From assembly GCA_013333935.1 (NCBI GenBank), contig JABCNV010000002.1:48060-112059 (forward strand): a stretch of DNA of 64,000 nt, read 5' to 3'. This stretch comes from Prevotella sp. (GTDB lineage Bacteria; Bacteroidota; Bacteroidia; Bacteroidales; Bacteroidaceae). The position numbers and the translations under genes are program-made. The notes under the pieces were generated by a model. The model was not told the DNA's origin, did no database searches, and was given only the letters and a program-made list of their open reading frames with translations. Positions 28,405-37,297 of the stretch are shown one piece after another. Each line of letters starts with the position of its first letter. The stretch's first letter is position 1.

Positions 28405-29923
28405 CTTCGAATCGTCTGTTCTTACCAAATTTCTGTCCGTCTCTGCGGCCGTTTCCGCCTTTAAAGCCTTTGCCGCTGCGACTTTTAAAGTCGTTACGTC
28501 CTTTGAAATCGTCGCGTTTCTTAAAGCCTCCGCGACTTTTCGAACTACCAGAATCCCAAGAGTCGTCATGCTTTTTGCGGCTATCGCGACCCTTGTATGC
28601 TTCGCGGTCCTTGGAACTATATAGTTTTGATTCAAAAGAATGGAACTTAAAAGTACGAATATCTCCCTCTTCGTTGGCTTCTTCGTCCTCAATTCGTTGC
28701 TTGAATTCGCGGTTTTTCTTGAACCTGTACTTCTGAGCCATCTCGCGTTTCTCCTCATCTGTCTTCACGATTCCACCCTCCGAGCGAAACGCTTTCATCT
28801 TTCCTTCAAACAGAGTATACTTGCGAAGCTCACACTCTAAGCTGCCATTGTAAAGTGGTATTTTAATACTTGGCTTGAGACCTATTTGATCAAAGCACTC
28901 CTCCTTATATGATAAGATCCAGGCTTCATTTCCTCCAAACTCGTGCTTTAGCCTTTCACCTATCATACGATACGTGCCAAGGAGGTTGGGAGTAGAGATG
29001 CGTTCGCCGTAGGGAGGGTTCATAACGATGAGACTTTGCGCCTGAGGCTTCTTGAAATCTTTGAAATCTTGTTGTCCAACGGTGATGTCGTTTGACAGTC
29101 CTGCCGCCTTTACGTTGAGTCGTGCCGTATTAACAGCCTTCATGTCTACATCGTAACCGTAGATATGATGCGTAAATTCGCGCTCCTGACTATCATCATT
29201 ATAGATCTCGTCAAAAAGCTTTTGGTCGAAGTCTTGCCACTTTTCGAAAGCAAATTCCTTGCGGAAAACACCGGGCGATATGTTGCGGGCTATGAGCGCT
29301 GCTTCAATAGCGATGGTGCCTGAACCGCACATGGGGTCGATTAAATCGCAGTCGCCTTTCCATCCTGTCATCATAATGATGCCGGCTGCCAATACCTCAT
29401 TGAGAGGCGCTTCCACGCTTTCCTGCCTGTAACCACGTCGGTGAAGGCTCTCACCGGAGGAGTCAAGACAGAGCGTTGCTTCGTCTTCGGCGATGTGAAT
29501 ATGCAGTCGGATATCAGGGTTGCTTACAGAAATATTCGGTCTATCTCCCGTTTTCTCTCTGAATTGGTCTACAATAGCGTCCTTTACTTTATATGTAACG
29601 AATCGTGAATTACGGAATTCTTCCGAGTAAACGACGGAGTCGACAGCGAATGTTTTCCCTTTTTCGATGTATTGTTCCCAGTCTATTTTATGGATCTCAT
29701 CGTAAACTTCTTCGGCAGAACGAGCTTTAAAATGCTTGATGGGCTTTAGTATTCGTATTGCAGTATGCAACTGAAAGTTGGCACGGTACATCATAGCCTT
29801 GTCGCCTGTAAATGATACCATGCGGCGCCCTATTAGTACATTGTTTGCACCCAGTTGGGTAAGCTCTTGTGCCAAAACGGGTTCAAGTCCCATGAAAGTT
29901 TTGGCGATGAGTTCAAATTCCAT
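28394..29923 (-). CDS. THUMP-domain class I SAM-dependent RNA methyltransferase (RlmL/RlmK-like) with a K/R/G-rich C-terminal tail
   Basis: An N-terminal THUMP domain is followed by a methyltransferase domain (DPMCGSGT... NPPYGER). The last ~90 aa are low-complexity and basic. The 3' end overlaps the DPP4 start by 11 bp. Confidence 0.8.
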   Translation of the reverse strand: MEFELIAKTFMGLEPVLAQELTQLGANNVLIGRRMVSFTGDKAMMYRANFQLHTAIRILKPIKHFKARSAEEVYDEIHKIDWEQYIEKGKTFAVDSVVYSEEFRNSRFVTYKVKDAIVDQFREKTGDRPNISVSNPDIRLHIHIAEDEATLCLDSSGESLHRRGYRQESVEAPLNEVLAAGIIMMTGWKGDCDLIDPMCGSGTIAIEAALIARNISPGVFRKEFAFEKWQDFDQKLFDEIYNDDSQEREFTHHIYGYDVDMKAVNTARLNVKAAGLSNDITVGQQDFKDFKKPQAQSLIVMNPPYGERISTPNLLGTYRMIGERLKHEFGGNEAWILSYKEECFDQIGLKPSIKIPLYNGSLECELRKYTLFEGKMKAFRSEGGIVKTDEEKREMAQKYRFKKNREFKQRIEDEEANEEGDIRTFKFHSFESKLYSSKDREAYKGRDSRKKHDDSWDSGSSKSRGGFKKRDDFKGRNDFKSRSGKGFKGGNGRRDGQKFGKNRRFEDED

Positions 29924-29972
29924 TGTTATTTATAATGTGGTTAAATGATTTTGTTGCTTTAGAATGATGTAT

Positions 29973-30869
29973 TTAGTCGTGCATTGTCCTATAGATGGCC
30001 GTACCCGGCTTCATATCCTGCAGCACCCAGGTATTTGCACCGACAATACAATGGTCGCCAATGGTGATTCGCCCAAGCACAGTGGCATTGGCATATATTA
30101 CTACATTATCCTCAATAATGGGGTGACGTGCTATACCTTTAATAGGATTACCCTGATCATCCAGTGGAAAGCTCTTGGCCCCAAGGGTGACGCCCTGATA
30201 CAATTTTACGTTATTGCCAATGACACAAGTCTCTCCGATAACGACGCCCGTACCGTGGTCGATGGTAAAGTATTCGCCAATCGTCGCACCTGGATGTATG
30301 TCTATGCCTGTCTCCGAGTGCGCCATCTCTGTCAACATGCGCGGAATGAGCGGCACTTCCATCTTGAAAAGCTCATGAGCAATGCGGTAATTGGTGAGCG
30401 TTTTAATCACGGGGTAGCACGAAATAATCTCTGCAGTGCTCTTAGCTGCGGGGTCACCATTGAAAGCTGCCGTCACATCGGTGCCAAGAATTCTACGCAG
30501 TTCGGGGAATTTTTCGATAAGTAGTGAGGCTCTTTTCTCTGCTTCGGCCTTGCATTTGCTGCATCGAATATTCTCGCCATTGTTGCAAGAGTAGCACAAT
30601 CCTGCTAAAATCTGCTCTGCCAAAAGGCGGTATAGCTTTTCGACGCTTACGCCAATCTGGTATTGTATGGTCTCAATGTTGACTTGTGATTTCCCAAAAT
30701 ATCCAGGGAAAAGGATAGAACGTGACAGATTGATAATCTCTTCAAGGCGCTTGCTTGAAGGCAAAGGGTTGCCATCCTGGTGTTGATGAAAAAGGCCTTG
30801 CAGCGATTGGGGGGCTGCAAGACGGTCAATGGTCTCAGTAAGCGTGAGAGTCATTCTCTGTGCGATCAT
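29973..30869 (-). CDS. cysE: serine O-acetyltransferase
   Basis: SATase N-domain and hexapeptide repeats (GTGVVIGETCVIGNNVKLYQGVTLG). Confidence 0.85.
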   Translation of the reverse strand: MIAQRMTLTLTETIDRLAAPQSLQGLFHQHQDGNPLPSSKRLEEIINLSRSILFPGYFGKSQVNIETIQYQIGVSVEKLYRLLAEQILAGLCYSCNNGENIRCSKCKAEAEKRASLLIEKFPELRRILGTDVTAAFNGDPAAKSTAEIISCYPVIKTLTNYRIAHELFKMEVPLIPRMLTEMAHSETGIDIHPGATIGEYFTIDHGTGVVIGETCVIGNNVKLYQGVTLGAKSFPLDDQGNPIKGIARHPIIEDNVVIYANATVLGRITIGDHCIVGANTWVLQDMKPGTAIYRTMHD

Positions 30870-30979
30870 CTGTTTGTATCAGTAAAATTTCAGGCAAAGT
30901 TACTAAAAAGCACGATAATATAGAAGGAATCGTATGTTTTTTTCTTCCTGTCAGCGTAAAGCAGCCGTACACTTTACAG

Positions 30980-33900
30980 CTAACAGGAAACGCTTGTACG
31001 GCCTGTGGAAACATGCTGTACGGCTATGCTGTCGAGAAACAACAGCAGACGGTTCGTGACATTTACGGCCGAAACTCCCGAGTCGAAGTCGAGAGAAACA
31101 AGGTTTAGCTGTGGGAACTTCTCCTTTAGCTTCTTTTCTATGCCTTTCGAAACAATGTGATTGGCAATACATCCAAATGGTTGAAGGCTGGCCACGTTGT
31201 TTACACCCTGCTTTACCATGCTGATGATGTCGCTTGGCAACAGCCATCCCTCACCGAACTGTGCGGCAAACGATACTACGCCTCTTACTGCATCGGCTTC
31301 TTCAAAGATATTAGTGAACGGACGATAATATCGGAATCGTGATGCCAATACGTTCATTTTCTTCTGCCTTCTCCATATCAGTTGATAAATGCTTTTCAGC
31401 ACAAAGTCGGGCACTTTTGTGCTTTTCAGTCCCATGTGCTTTCGCGCAATGGCATTGACAAACTCCTGCAGAAAGAATGGTGTGAGCAGCGGAGGCACCA
31501 CTTCGAAACCTTTTTCTATGATGCGCTGTGCAAGGAACTGATGGGCAAACGGATTGAATTTCAGGAAAATCTCGCCCACAATGCCCACTGCCGGCGTCTC
31601 TTTATCGGCGGTTATAGCGTCAAAATCGGCTGCGGCCTCGCTTATCAGATCCATGATTTCTGCCGGTTTATTCCTTAGGATAGGCCCTGCCACAGCTGTC
31701 AAATAATGCTCACGCAGTTCTTCTGCCTTGTTGGCGAACTCCCCTTCTGTTTGGCAAGCATCGGGTTTCAGCCTGCAAACTGCTCCATGATACATCTTCG
31801 AGATGACGTCTCCATAAAGCAGCGACGTAACAATTATGGGCGCCATCTTCATCCACGGCACGTCAAGGCTGGAATCTTGCCCTTTATCTTCGCCCATCTG
31901 TGTGGAAACACCTATGGTGATTAGCGGCACATTGCTGAAACCGTTGGCATCTATTGCCCGCCTGATAAGGGCCGTATAGTTTGTGGCGCGGCATTGTCCG
32001 CCGGTCTGACTCATTACTAATGACACGTTCTCTGTGTCGTATCGGCCCGACTTCAATGCTTTTACGAAGTCGCCTACTATCAGTGTTGCAGGGTAGCAAA
32101 CCTCGTTATTGGCAAATTTCAGTCCCAATTCGGCACTCTCTGCATCGCTTTGTGGCATTACTTCCACGTCCCAGCCGAGAAGTCGGCACAGCGGAGGGAG
32201 GATGGGGGTAAGATATTCTGTGAAATAGGGCGCGAGGATATGGCGCTGCACGGGCGGCAGTTTGTACGTCTCTTTTTTGTCTTCTTCAGCGGCTTTAACT
32301 TTGTTCTGTTTCTGCCCGTCCGGCGTATGATCAGACTGTTTCTGCCCACTCAGCGATTCAATCAGCGAACGAACCCTCAGCTTCAGGCTGCCAATGTTAC
32401 TCACATCATCTATTTTCAGCAACGTGTATGGCTTGCCATGGTTTTTCATGATGGTGCGAATCTCATCCTGAATAAAGCTGTCAGGTCCGCAACCAAAGGA
32501 AGTCATCTGCACATAATGCACGTCAGAGGGCTGTTCTGCACACCATTGTCCGGCCTTGATAAGGCGGTTCATATAAGCCCATTGGCGCACAAGGCAGGTG
32601 TCTCCGGCACCGGTTTTCATGTCGCCTCTTACAATATCGTCGGATATTACATTGACGCCAAGTGCTGCAATCATTTCAGAAAGCTTATGCTGTATCAGCG
32701 GGTCAGTATGGTAAGGACGCCCTGCAAGCAATATGGTAAGCTGCCCTTCACGACGGCTTTGGGCCAGAATCTGCGCAGCCCTTTGCTGTATGTCCCTCAC
32801 GTAGCTGTGCTGTGCGTCCTGTGCTTCGGCAAAAGCTGCGCGGGCTTTCTTACGACCTACGCCATAGCCAGTGAGAAAATCGCATACCTGTTTCTTCAGC
32901 AACTTCTCGTCCCTGAAGTTGATTACCGGTGAAATAACGTCGTTCTTCAACTTCATGGCGCTGCGGATGACATCGGAATAAGCCGATACAATGGGGCAGT
33001 TATAGCTGTTGACATTGCGGTTGTCGTCCATAGGCTCGAACACCACATAGGGCATGAAGATGAACTTTTGCACGTCGTTGTTCACAGATGCCAGCATATC
33101 GTCAAGCTCCTGCACGTGTGAATGCACGAGCTTGGCGGGGAAACAGATGTTGTCGCTCATCACAGAGGCGAGGGCTCCCTCATAGCGATGGAAGTCCGAC
33201 TCGCTGCTAAGCCTTACCTCAAAGCCCGCTTCGGTAAACAGCGTGTACCAGAACGGGAACTCCTCATACATGTTCAGCACACGTGGAATGCCCACAATGC
33301 CGCGGCTTTTACGCGGCTCTTCTTTCTCTTTCCCAAAAACAAAACGTTTCTTTTCAGCGTAATTATAGGTGTAACAGTCGAATAACTGGTGATACTTATA
33401 CGTGTAAATATTTTCGCCTTTCGTACTATTCTTCCCCTTGTTGTTGAATACCCGCTCGCACTTGTTGCCCGAATAGAACTTTCTGCCGCCCGCAAAGCTG
33501 TACATCGTGACGAAGCAATGGTTCTCGCATCCCTTGCAATTGAGCAGCCGTGTGTCGTAAGTCGATGTGCTTAACAAGCTGTCAAGCGTCCGGCTTTCAG
33601 TGTTACCGTATGCCGTTTCCAGTGCATGCAGGGCGCAACCGTAGGCTCCCATCATCTCGGGCATGTTGCTGCGGGCCACCTCGACCCCTGTAAGCAGCTC
33701 GAAAGCACGCACTACCGAGTCGTTTTTCATGGTGCCGCCCTGCACCACGATGCGCTGTCCGAGGCGGTCGTTGCCATGTAGTTTGAGCACCTTATAGAGG
33801 CAGTTGCGCACCACCGAGTAAGAAAGGCCCGCGGCAATATCAGCTACGGTCGCCCCTTCTCGCATCACTTGCTTCACCTTCGAGTTCATAAACACGGTGC

Positions 33901-35437
33901 AACGCGTGCCTAAATCGCAGGGCTTTACGGCCTCGCAGGCCAGCTGTGCAAACTTATCGACCTCGTATCCCAGCCCTTGTGCAAACGTCTGTATGAAGGT
34001 TCCGCACCCCGACGAGCACGCTTCGTTCAGCTCCATACGCACTACGGCGCCGTTCTCTACGAAGATAGCTTTCATGTCCTGCCCGCCAATGTCGAGGATA
34101 AAAGATACATCAGGCATCAGGTGTGCGGCGGCACGATAGTGAGCCATCGTCTCGATGATGCCCTCGTCCATGTTGAAAGCCGCCTTGATAAGCTCCTCGC
34201 CGTAACCCGTTGTGCACGACCTCGTGATATCAAGTTCGGCTCCGGCCCGCCTGGCTTCTTCTTTCAGGCGCATCAATCCTTCATAAACGGCCTTGATGGG
34301 GTTGCCGTGATTCATGGCGTAATGGCTGAAAACTATCTGCCCTTCTTCGCCGGGGGTAGTGCGTGCAGCTATGATTTTTGTAGTGGTAGAGCCTGAATCG
34401 ACGCCTATCACCACGCTTTCGTGCCCGCTTCTCAAGGGGTAAACAGGGGTGGCAAAGCGCTTTTTGCCCTCCAGCCACGCCTTGTGTCCGGCCTCATCGC
34501 GGAACAGAGGCATCAGCTCTTCGTGCACCTCTACCGCCTGTTCGTCAGCCATGCCGCAACCTGTTGTGCACGAAGGCCCGCAGGTCTCGGTGTGGCATGC
34601 CTCGCCGATGCCTCTCTTCAGCCTCTCGCGAAGGGCTTCAAGGCTCACGCCCTCGGCCTTTTCGGCACGTATGGCGCAGCCAAGGGCCGGAATAAGATTG
34701 CCTTCACGGAGCACGATAAAGTCGGCATCGTCCATCTTCAAGTATTCAGCGAACGCCTTCCGCAGGGCCGGAAGAAATGTCAGCGGGCCGCCGCAAAGCA
34801 GGATGGGCGGCGTAAAGTCGCACCCGTGGCTAAGGGTTGTCACCGTCTGCACGGCAATGCTGTGGAATATGCTGGCTGCAATGTCGCTTTCAGGCAGGTT
34901 GCGCGACATGAGGTTCTGTATGTCGGTCTTGGCAAAGACGCCGCAACGGGCCGCCATCGGATACAGTCGGGTCGAGGTCATTGCCTTGTCGTTCATCTCG
35001 CTGTTGGTGCAACCCATCAGCACTGCCATCTGATCAATGAAAGCTCCCGTGCCACCGGCGCAGTTGCCGTTCATGCGCAGCTCCATGCTCTGGCCGTTGA
35101 AGAACACCACTTTTGCGTCCTCGCCGCCGATGTCGATCAGCGCTTTGGCTTCGGGATAACGATGACGGGCAAACACGGTAGCAGCAACAACTTCCTGCAC
35201 AAACTCGGCTTTCATCTGTTCTGCAGCTGACATTCCCACCGACCCCGTTGCGCAGAGGCGCAGGCTGACGGGTCCGAGGTGCTGCTCAATCTCGTCAAGA
35301 TAACTTACAACCAGCTCGTTAACTCTGGCGTTGTGGCGCTCGTAGCGTGAGAAAATCAGGCCCCCCGAGTCGTCGAGAACGGTTATCTTGGCTGTTGTTG
35401 AGCCTACGTCAAGGCCCGCCCTGTATGTTTTGTTCAT
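30980..35437 (-). CDS. acyl-CoA dehydratase activase-related fusion protein: two BadF/BadG/BcrA/BcrD (HgdC-like) ATPase domains followed by 2-hydroxyglutaryl-CoA dehydratase D-component-like (HgdB/DUF2229) domains
   Basis: 1485 aa. The N-terminus has two repeats of the actin-like activase signature (GLDVGSTTAKI... and GVDSGSTTTKI...). The C-terminal two-thirds are cysteine-containing dehydratase-component-like. Confidence 0.75.
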   Translation of the reverse strand: MNKTYRAGLDVGSTTAKITVLDDSGGLIFSRYERHNARVNELVVSYLDEIEQHLGPVSLRLCATGSVGMSAAEQMKAEFVQEVVAATVFARHRYPEAKALIDIGGEDAKVVFFNGQSMELRMNGNCAGGTGAFIDQMAVLMGCTNSEMNDKAMTSTRLYPMAARCGVFAKTDIQNLMSRNLPESDIAASIFHSIAVQTVTTLSHGCDFTPPILLCGGPLTFLPALRKAFAEYLKMDDADFIVLREGNLIPALGCAIRAEKAEGVSLEALRERLKRGIGEACHTETCGPSCTTGCGMADEQAVEVHEELMPLFRDEAGHKAWLEGKKRFATPVYPLRSGHESVVIGVDSGSTTTKIIAARTTPGEEGQIVFSHYAMNHGNPIKAVYEGLMRLKEEARRAGAELDITRSCTTGYGEELIKAAFNMDEGIIETMAHYRAAAHLMPDVSFILDIGGQDMKAIFVENGAVVRMELNEACSSGCGTFIQTFAQGLGYEVDKFAQLACEAVKPCDLGTRCTVFMNSKVKQVMREGATVADIAAGLSYSVVRNCLYKVLKLHGNDRLGQRIVVQGGTMKNDSVVRAFELLTGVEVARSNMPEMMGAYGCALHALETAYGNTESRTLDSLLSTSTYDTRLLNCKGCENHCFVTMYSFAGGRKFYSGNKCERVFNNKGKNSTKGENIYTYKYHQLFDCYTYNYAEKKRFVFGKEKEEPRKSRGIVGIPRVLNMYEEFPFWYTLFTEAGFEVRLSSESDFHRYEGALASVMSDNICFPAKLVHSHVQELDDMLASVNNDVQKFIFMPYVVFEPMDDNRNVNSYNCPIVSAYSDVIRSAMKLKNDVISPVINFRDEKLLKKQVCDFLTGYGVGRKKARAAFAEAQDAQHSYVRDIQQRAAQILAQSRREGQLTILLAGRPYHTDPLIQHKLSEMIAALGVNVISDDIVRGDMKTGAGDTCLVRQWAYMNRLIKAGQWCAEQPSDVHYVQMTSFGCGPDSFIQDEIRTIMKNHGKPYTLLKIDDVSNIGSLKLRVRSLIESLSGQKQSDHTPDGQKQNKVKAAEEDKKETYKLPPVQRHILAPYFTEYLTPILPPLCRLLGWDVEVMPQSDAESAELGLKFANNEVCYPATLIVGDFVKALKSGRYDTENVSLVMSQTGGQCRATNYTALIRRAIDANGFSNVPLITIGVSTQMGEDKGQDSSLDVPWMKMAPIIVTSLLYGDVISKMYHGAVCRLKPDACQTEGEFANKAEELREHYLTAVAGPILRNKPAEIMDLISEAAADFDAITADKETPAVGIVGEIFLKFNPFAHQFLAQRIIEKGFEVVPPLLTPFFLQEFVNAIARKHMGLKSTKVPDFVLKSIYQLIWRRQKKMNVLASRFRYYRPFTNIFEEADAVRGVVSFAAQFGEGWLLPSDIISMVKQGVNNVASLQPFGCIANHIVSKGIEKKLKEKFPQLNLVSLDFDSGVSAVNVTNRLLLFLDSIAVQHVSTGRTSVSC

Positions 35438-35514
35438 ATAGAAAGCTCCTGAAAATATGATGCAAAGGTATAAAAAAAATCAAAGCGCGGTACCTCCCTT
35501 TCACATTTTTTGCC

Positions 35515-35660
35515 CTAAAGGGCAGGGAGCGTAGGTAGCGATGTCAGGGCCTTTACGGGCTGTGGCCGGTCGTGCGACGGTCGCCGTACAATCTTCTGGC
35601 GGCCGTGGTACAATCTGTATGGCGGCCACCGCACGCTCGTCCCGCGGCCGCCGTACATCC
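35515..35660. repeat. repeat family B, copy 2
   Basis: ggcggccaccgcacgctcgtcccgcggccgccgtacatcc aligns at about 80% with copy 3. It also contains cctttacgggc and gtcgccgtacaatc. Confidence 0.7.
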
Positions 35661-35708
35661 AACTTGCAAAAAATAAGGCGAAAGCTTTCTTTTGTTGTAG
35701 TTTTTGAT

Positions 35709-35716
35709 TAATTTTG
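35709..35716 (+). promoter_or_regulatory. putative -7 box TAATTTTG for the lipid-headgroup operon
   Basis: gatTAATTTTGtaacggtttaacaattagcaagcATG; an upstream TTTG sits at 35691-35694 with non-canonical spacing. Confidence 0.35.
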
Positions 35717-35739
35717 TAACGGTTTAACAATTAGCAAGC

Positions 35740-36462
35740 ATGAAATTTGCAGTTATTGCAGCGGGCGAGGGCTCGCGGCTCGCTTCGGAGGGAGTGGGAG
35801 TGCCAAAGCCTCTGGCCGAGGTGAAGGGTGAGAAACTCATTGACCGGCTTATCCGCATCTTTATGGATAACGATGCCGAAGAGATAGTGGTGATTTGTAA
35901 CGACAAGACAAACCAGGTGAGCCAGCACCTTTTCCAGATTGAGGAAGACGGACTGAAAGGGCGTCCCGTCAGTTTGCAGTTCAAGGTGAAGAGTACGCCC
36001 AGCAGCATGCACTCGTTCTTTGAGCTGAGCCACATGCTTAACGACGGCCCGTTTGTGCTTACAACGGTTGATACCGTGTTCCGTGAAGCTGAATTTGCCA
36101 GCTATGTGGCCCGTTTCGGCGAGGCCCTTGCACAGGGAGCTGACGGCCTGATGGGTGTAACCTCGTTCGTTGACGACGAAGCTCCCCTGTGGGTAGGCAC
36201 TCGCGAGGACATGACCATTACGGGATTCTACGACCGCAACGACGCCGCTTGCCGCTATATATCGGCCGGTATCTACGGTCTGACGCCGAAAGTGTTCGGT
36301 ACGCTCACCCGTTGCGTTGAGGCTGGTGAGAGCCGGATGCGCAACTTTCAGCGCGCCTTGCTGCGCGATGGCTTGAGGCTGAAGGCCTGGCCGTTCTCAA
36401 AAGTGATTGACATTGACCATCTGGCAGATATGGCCAAGGCCGAAGCGTTCCTTTCAGAATAG
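35740..36462 (+). CDS. sugar/alcohol-phosphate nucleotidyltransferase (IPCT/LicC-like)
   Basis: MKFAVIAAGEGSRLASEGVGVPKPLAEV is the NTP_transferase signature. It is first in a four-gene, translationally coupled operon. Confidence 0.75.
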   Translation: MKFAVIAAGEGSRLASEGVGVPKPLAEVKGEKLIDRLIRIFMDNDAEEIVVICNDKTNQVSQHLFQIEEDGLKGRPVSLQFKVKSTPSSMHSFFELSHMLNDGPFVLTTVDTVFREAEFASYVARFGEALAQGADGLMGVTSFVDDEAPLWVGTREDMTITGFYDRNDAACRYISAGIYGLTPKVFGTLTRCVEAGESRMRNFQRALLRDGLRLKAWPFSKVIDIDHLADMAKAEAFLSE

Positions 36463-36466
36463 GCTT

Positions 36467-37297
36467 ATGGGCATGTCTTTTCTGGCTCTGCAGCGTGACG
36501 AAAGGTTCTCGCCCAACTCGGTTGAGAACGACAAGGCCATACTTTCAGCCGTGTGCGATGAGCTCAAACGGTGCGCGAGGTTGGCTGATGACATACCCAT
36601 GATAAGCGAGAAAAGCTTTATCAGGCAGCCCCGTTACGCCGATATTATTCTGTCTATGGCCCGTTCGGAGGAGGCGCTGACGCTGCTCTCGCAGCTCGAA
36701 GACGAGGGTTGCAGTGTCGTCAATAACCCGTCGGGAGTGAGGAATTGCAGAAGATCTGTCCTTGTCAGGCAGATGAAAGACAACCACATTCCGACGGCAT
36801 GCGAAGACGGCGACAACGGTTTCTGGCTGAAACGTAATGACTCTTCCGCGCAACAAAAGGACGATATCGTTTTCTGTCAAACACGTAAAGAGCTGGCCGT
36901 TGCCCGCCAGAGATTCTGTCGGCGCGGCATTAATGACGTGGTTGTCAGTGCGCATATCCCGGGCGATGTGATTAAATTCTACGGCGTTGGCCGCCGCGAC
37001 TTCCGCTTCCTGTACCCTAGCGACACGGGTATATCGAAGTTTGGTCTTGAAGCCTATAACGGAGCGCCGCACCATTATGCCTTTGACAGCGAAGCCCTTG
37101 CAGGGGAAGTGTTTCGGCTTTCAGAGCTGACGGGCGTGGCCGTATATGGTGGAGACGCCATCGTAGACAAGGACGGACAGTTTTATATCATCGATTTTAA
37201 CGACTGGCCAAGCTTTTCTCCCTTCCGCCGTGCGATGGCACCGGCCATAGCCGGGGAAATAATGGCGCAGGCCGTATTATCAAAACCACGTGAATAA
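36467..37297 (+). CDS. ATP-grasp fold protein of unknown specificity
   Basis: ATG at 36467 (MGMSFLAL...). It is ATP-grasp-like (DVIKFYGVG... GQFYIIDFNDWPSF). The stop overlaps the next start (TAATG). Confidence 0.45.
   Translation: MGMSFLALQRDERFSPNSVENDKAILSAVCDELKRCARLADDIPMISEKSFIRQPRYADIILSMARSEEALTLLSQLEDEGCSVVNNPSGVRNCRRSVLVRQMKDNHIPTACEDGDNGFWLKRNDSSAQQKDDIVFCQTRKELAVARQRFCRRGINDVVVSAHIPGDVIKFYGVGRRDFRFLYPSDTGISKFGLEAYNGAPHHYAFDSEALAGEVFRLSELTGVAVYGGDAIVDKDGQFYIIDFNDWPSFSPFRRAMAPAIAGEIMAQAVLSKPRE

Noticed and set aside
32150-35230. Several 190-270-aa plus-strand ORFs
   Set aside because: They are all antisense inside the 1485-aa HgdC/HgdB-like gene, which is continuous and domain-consistent.
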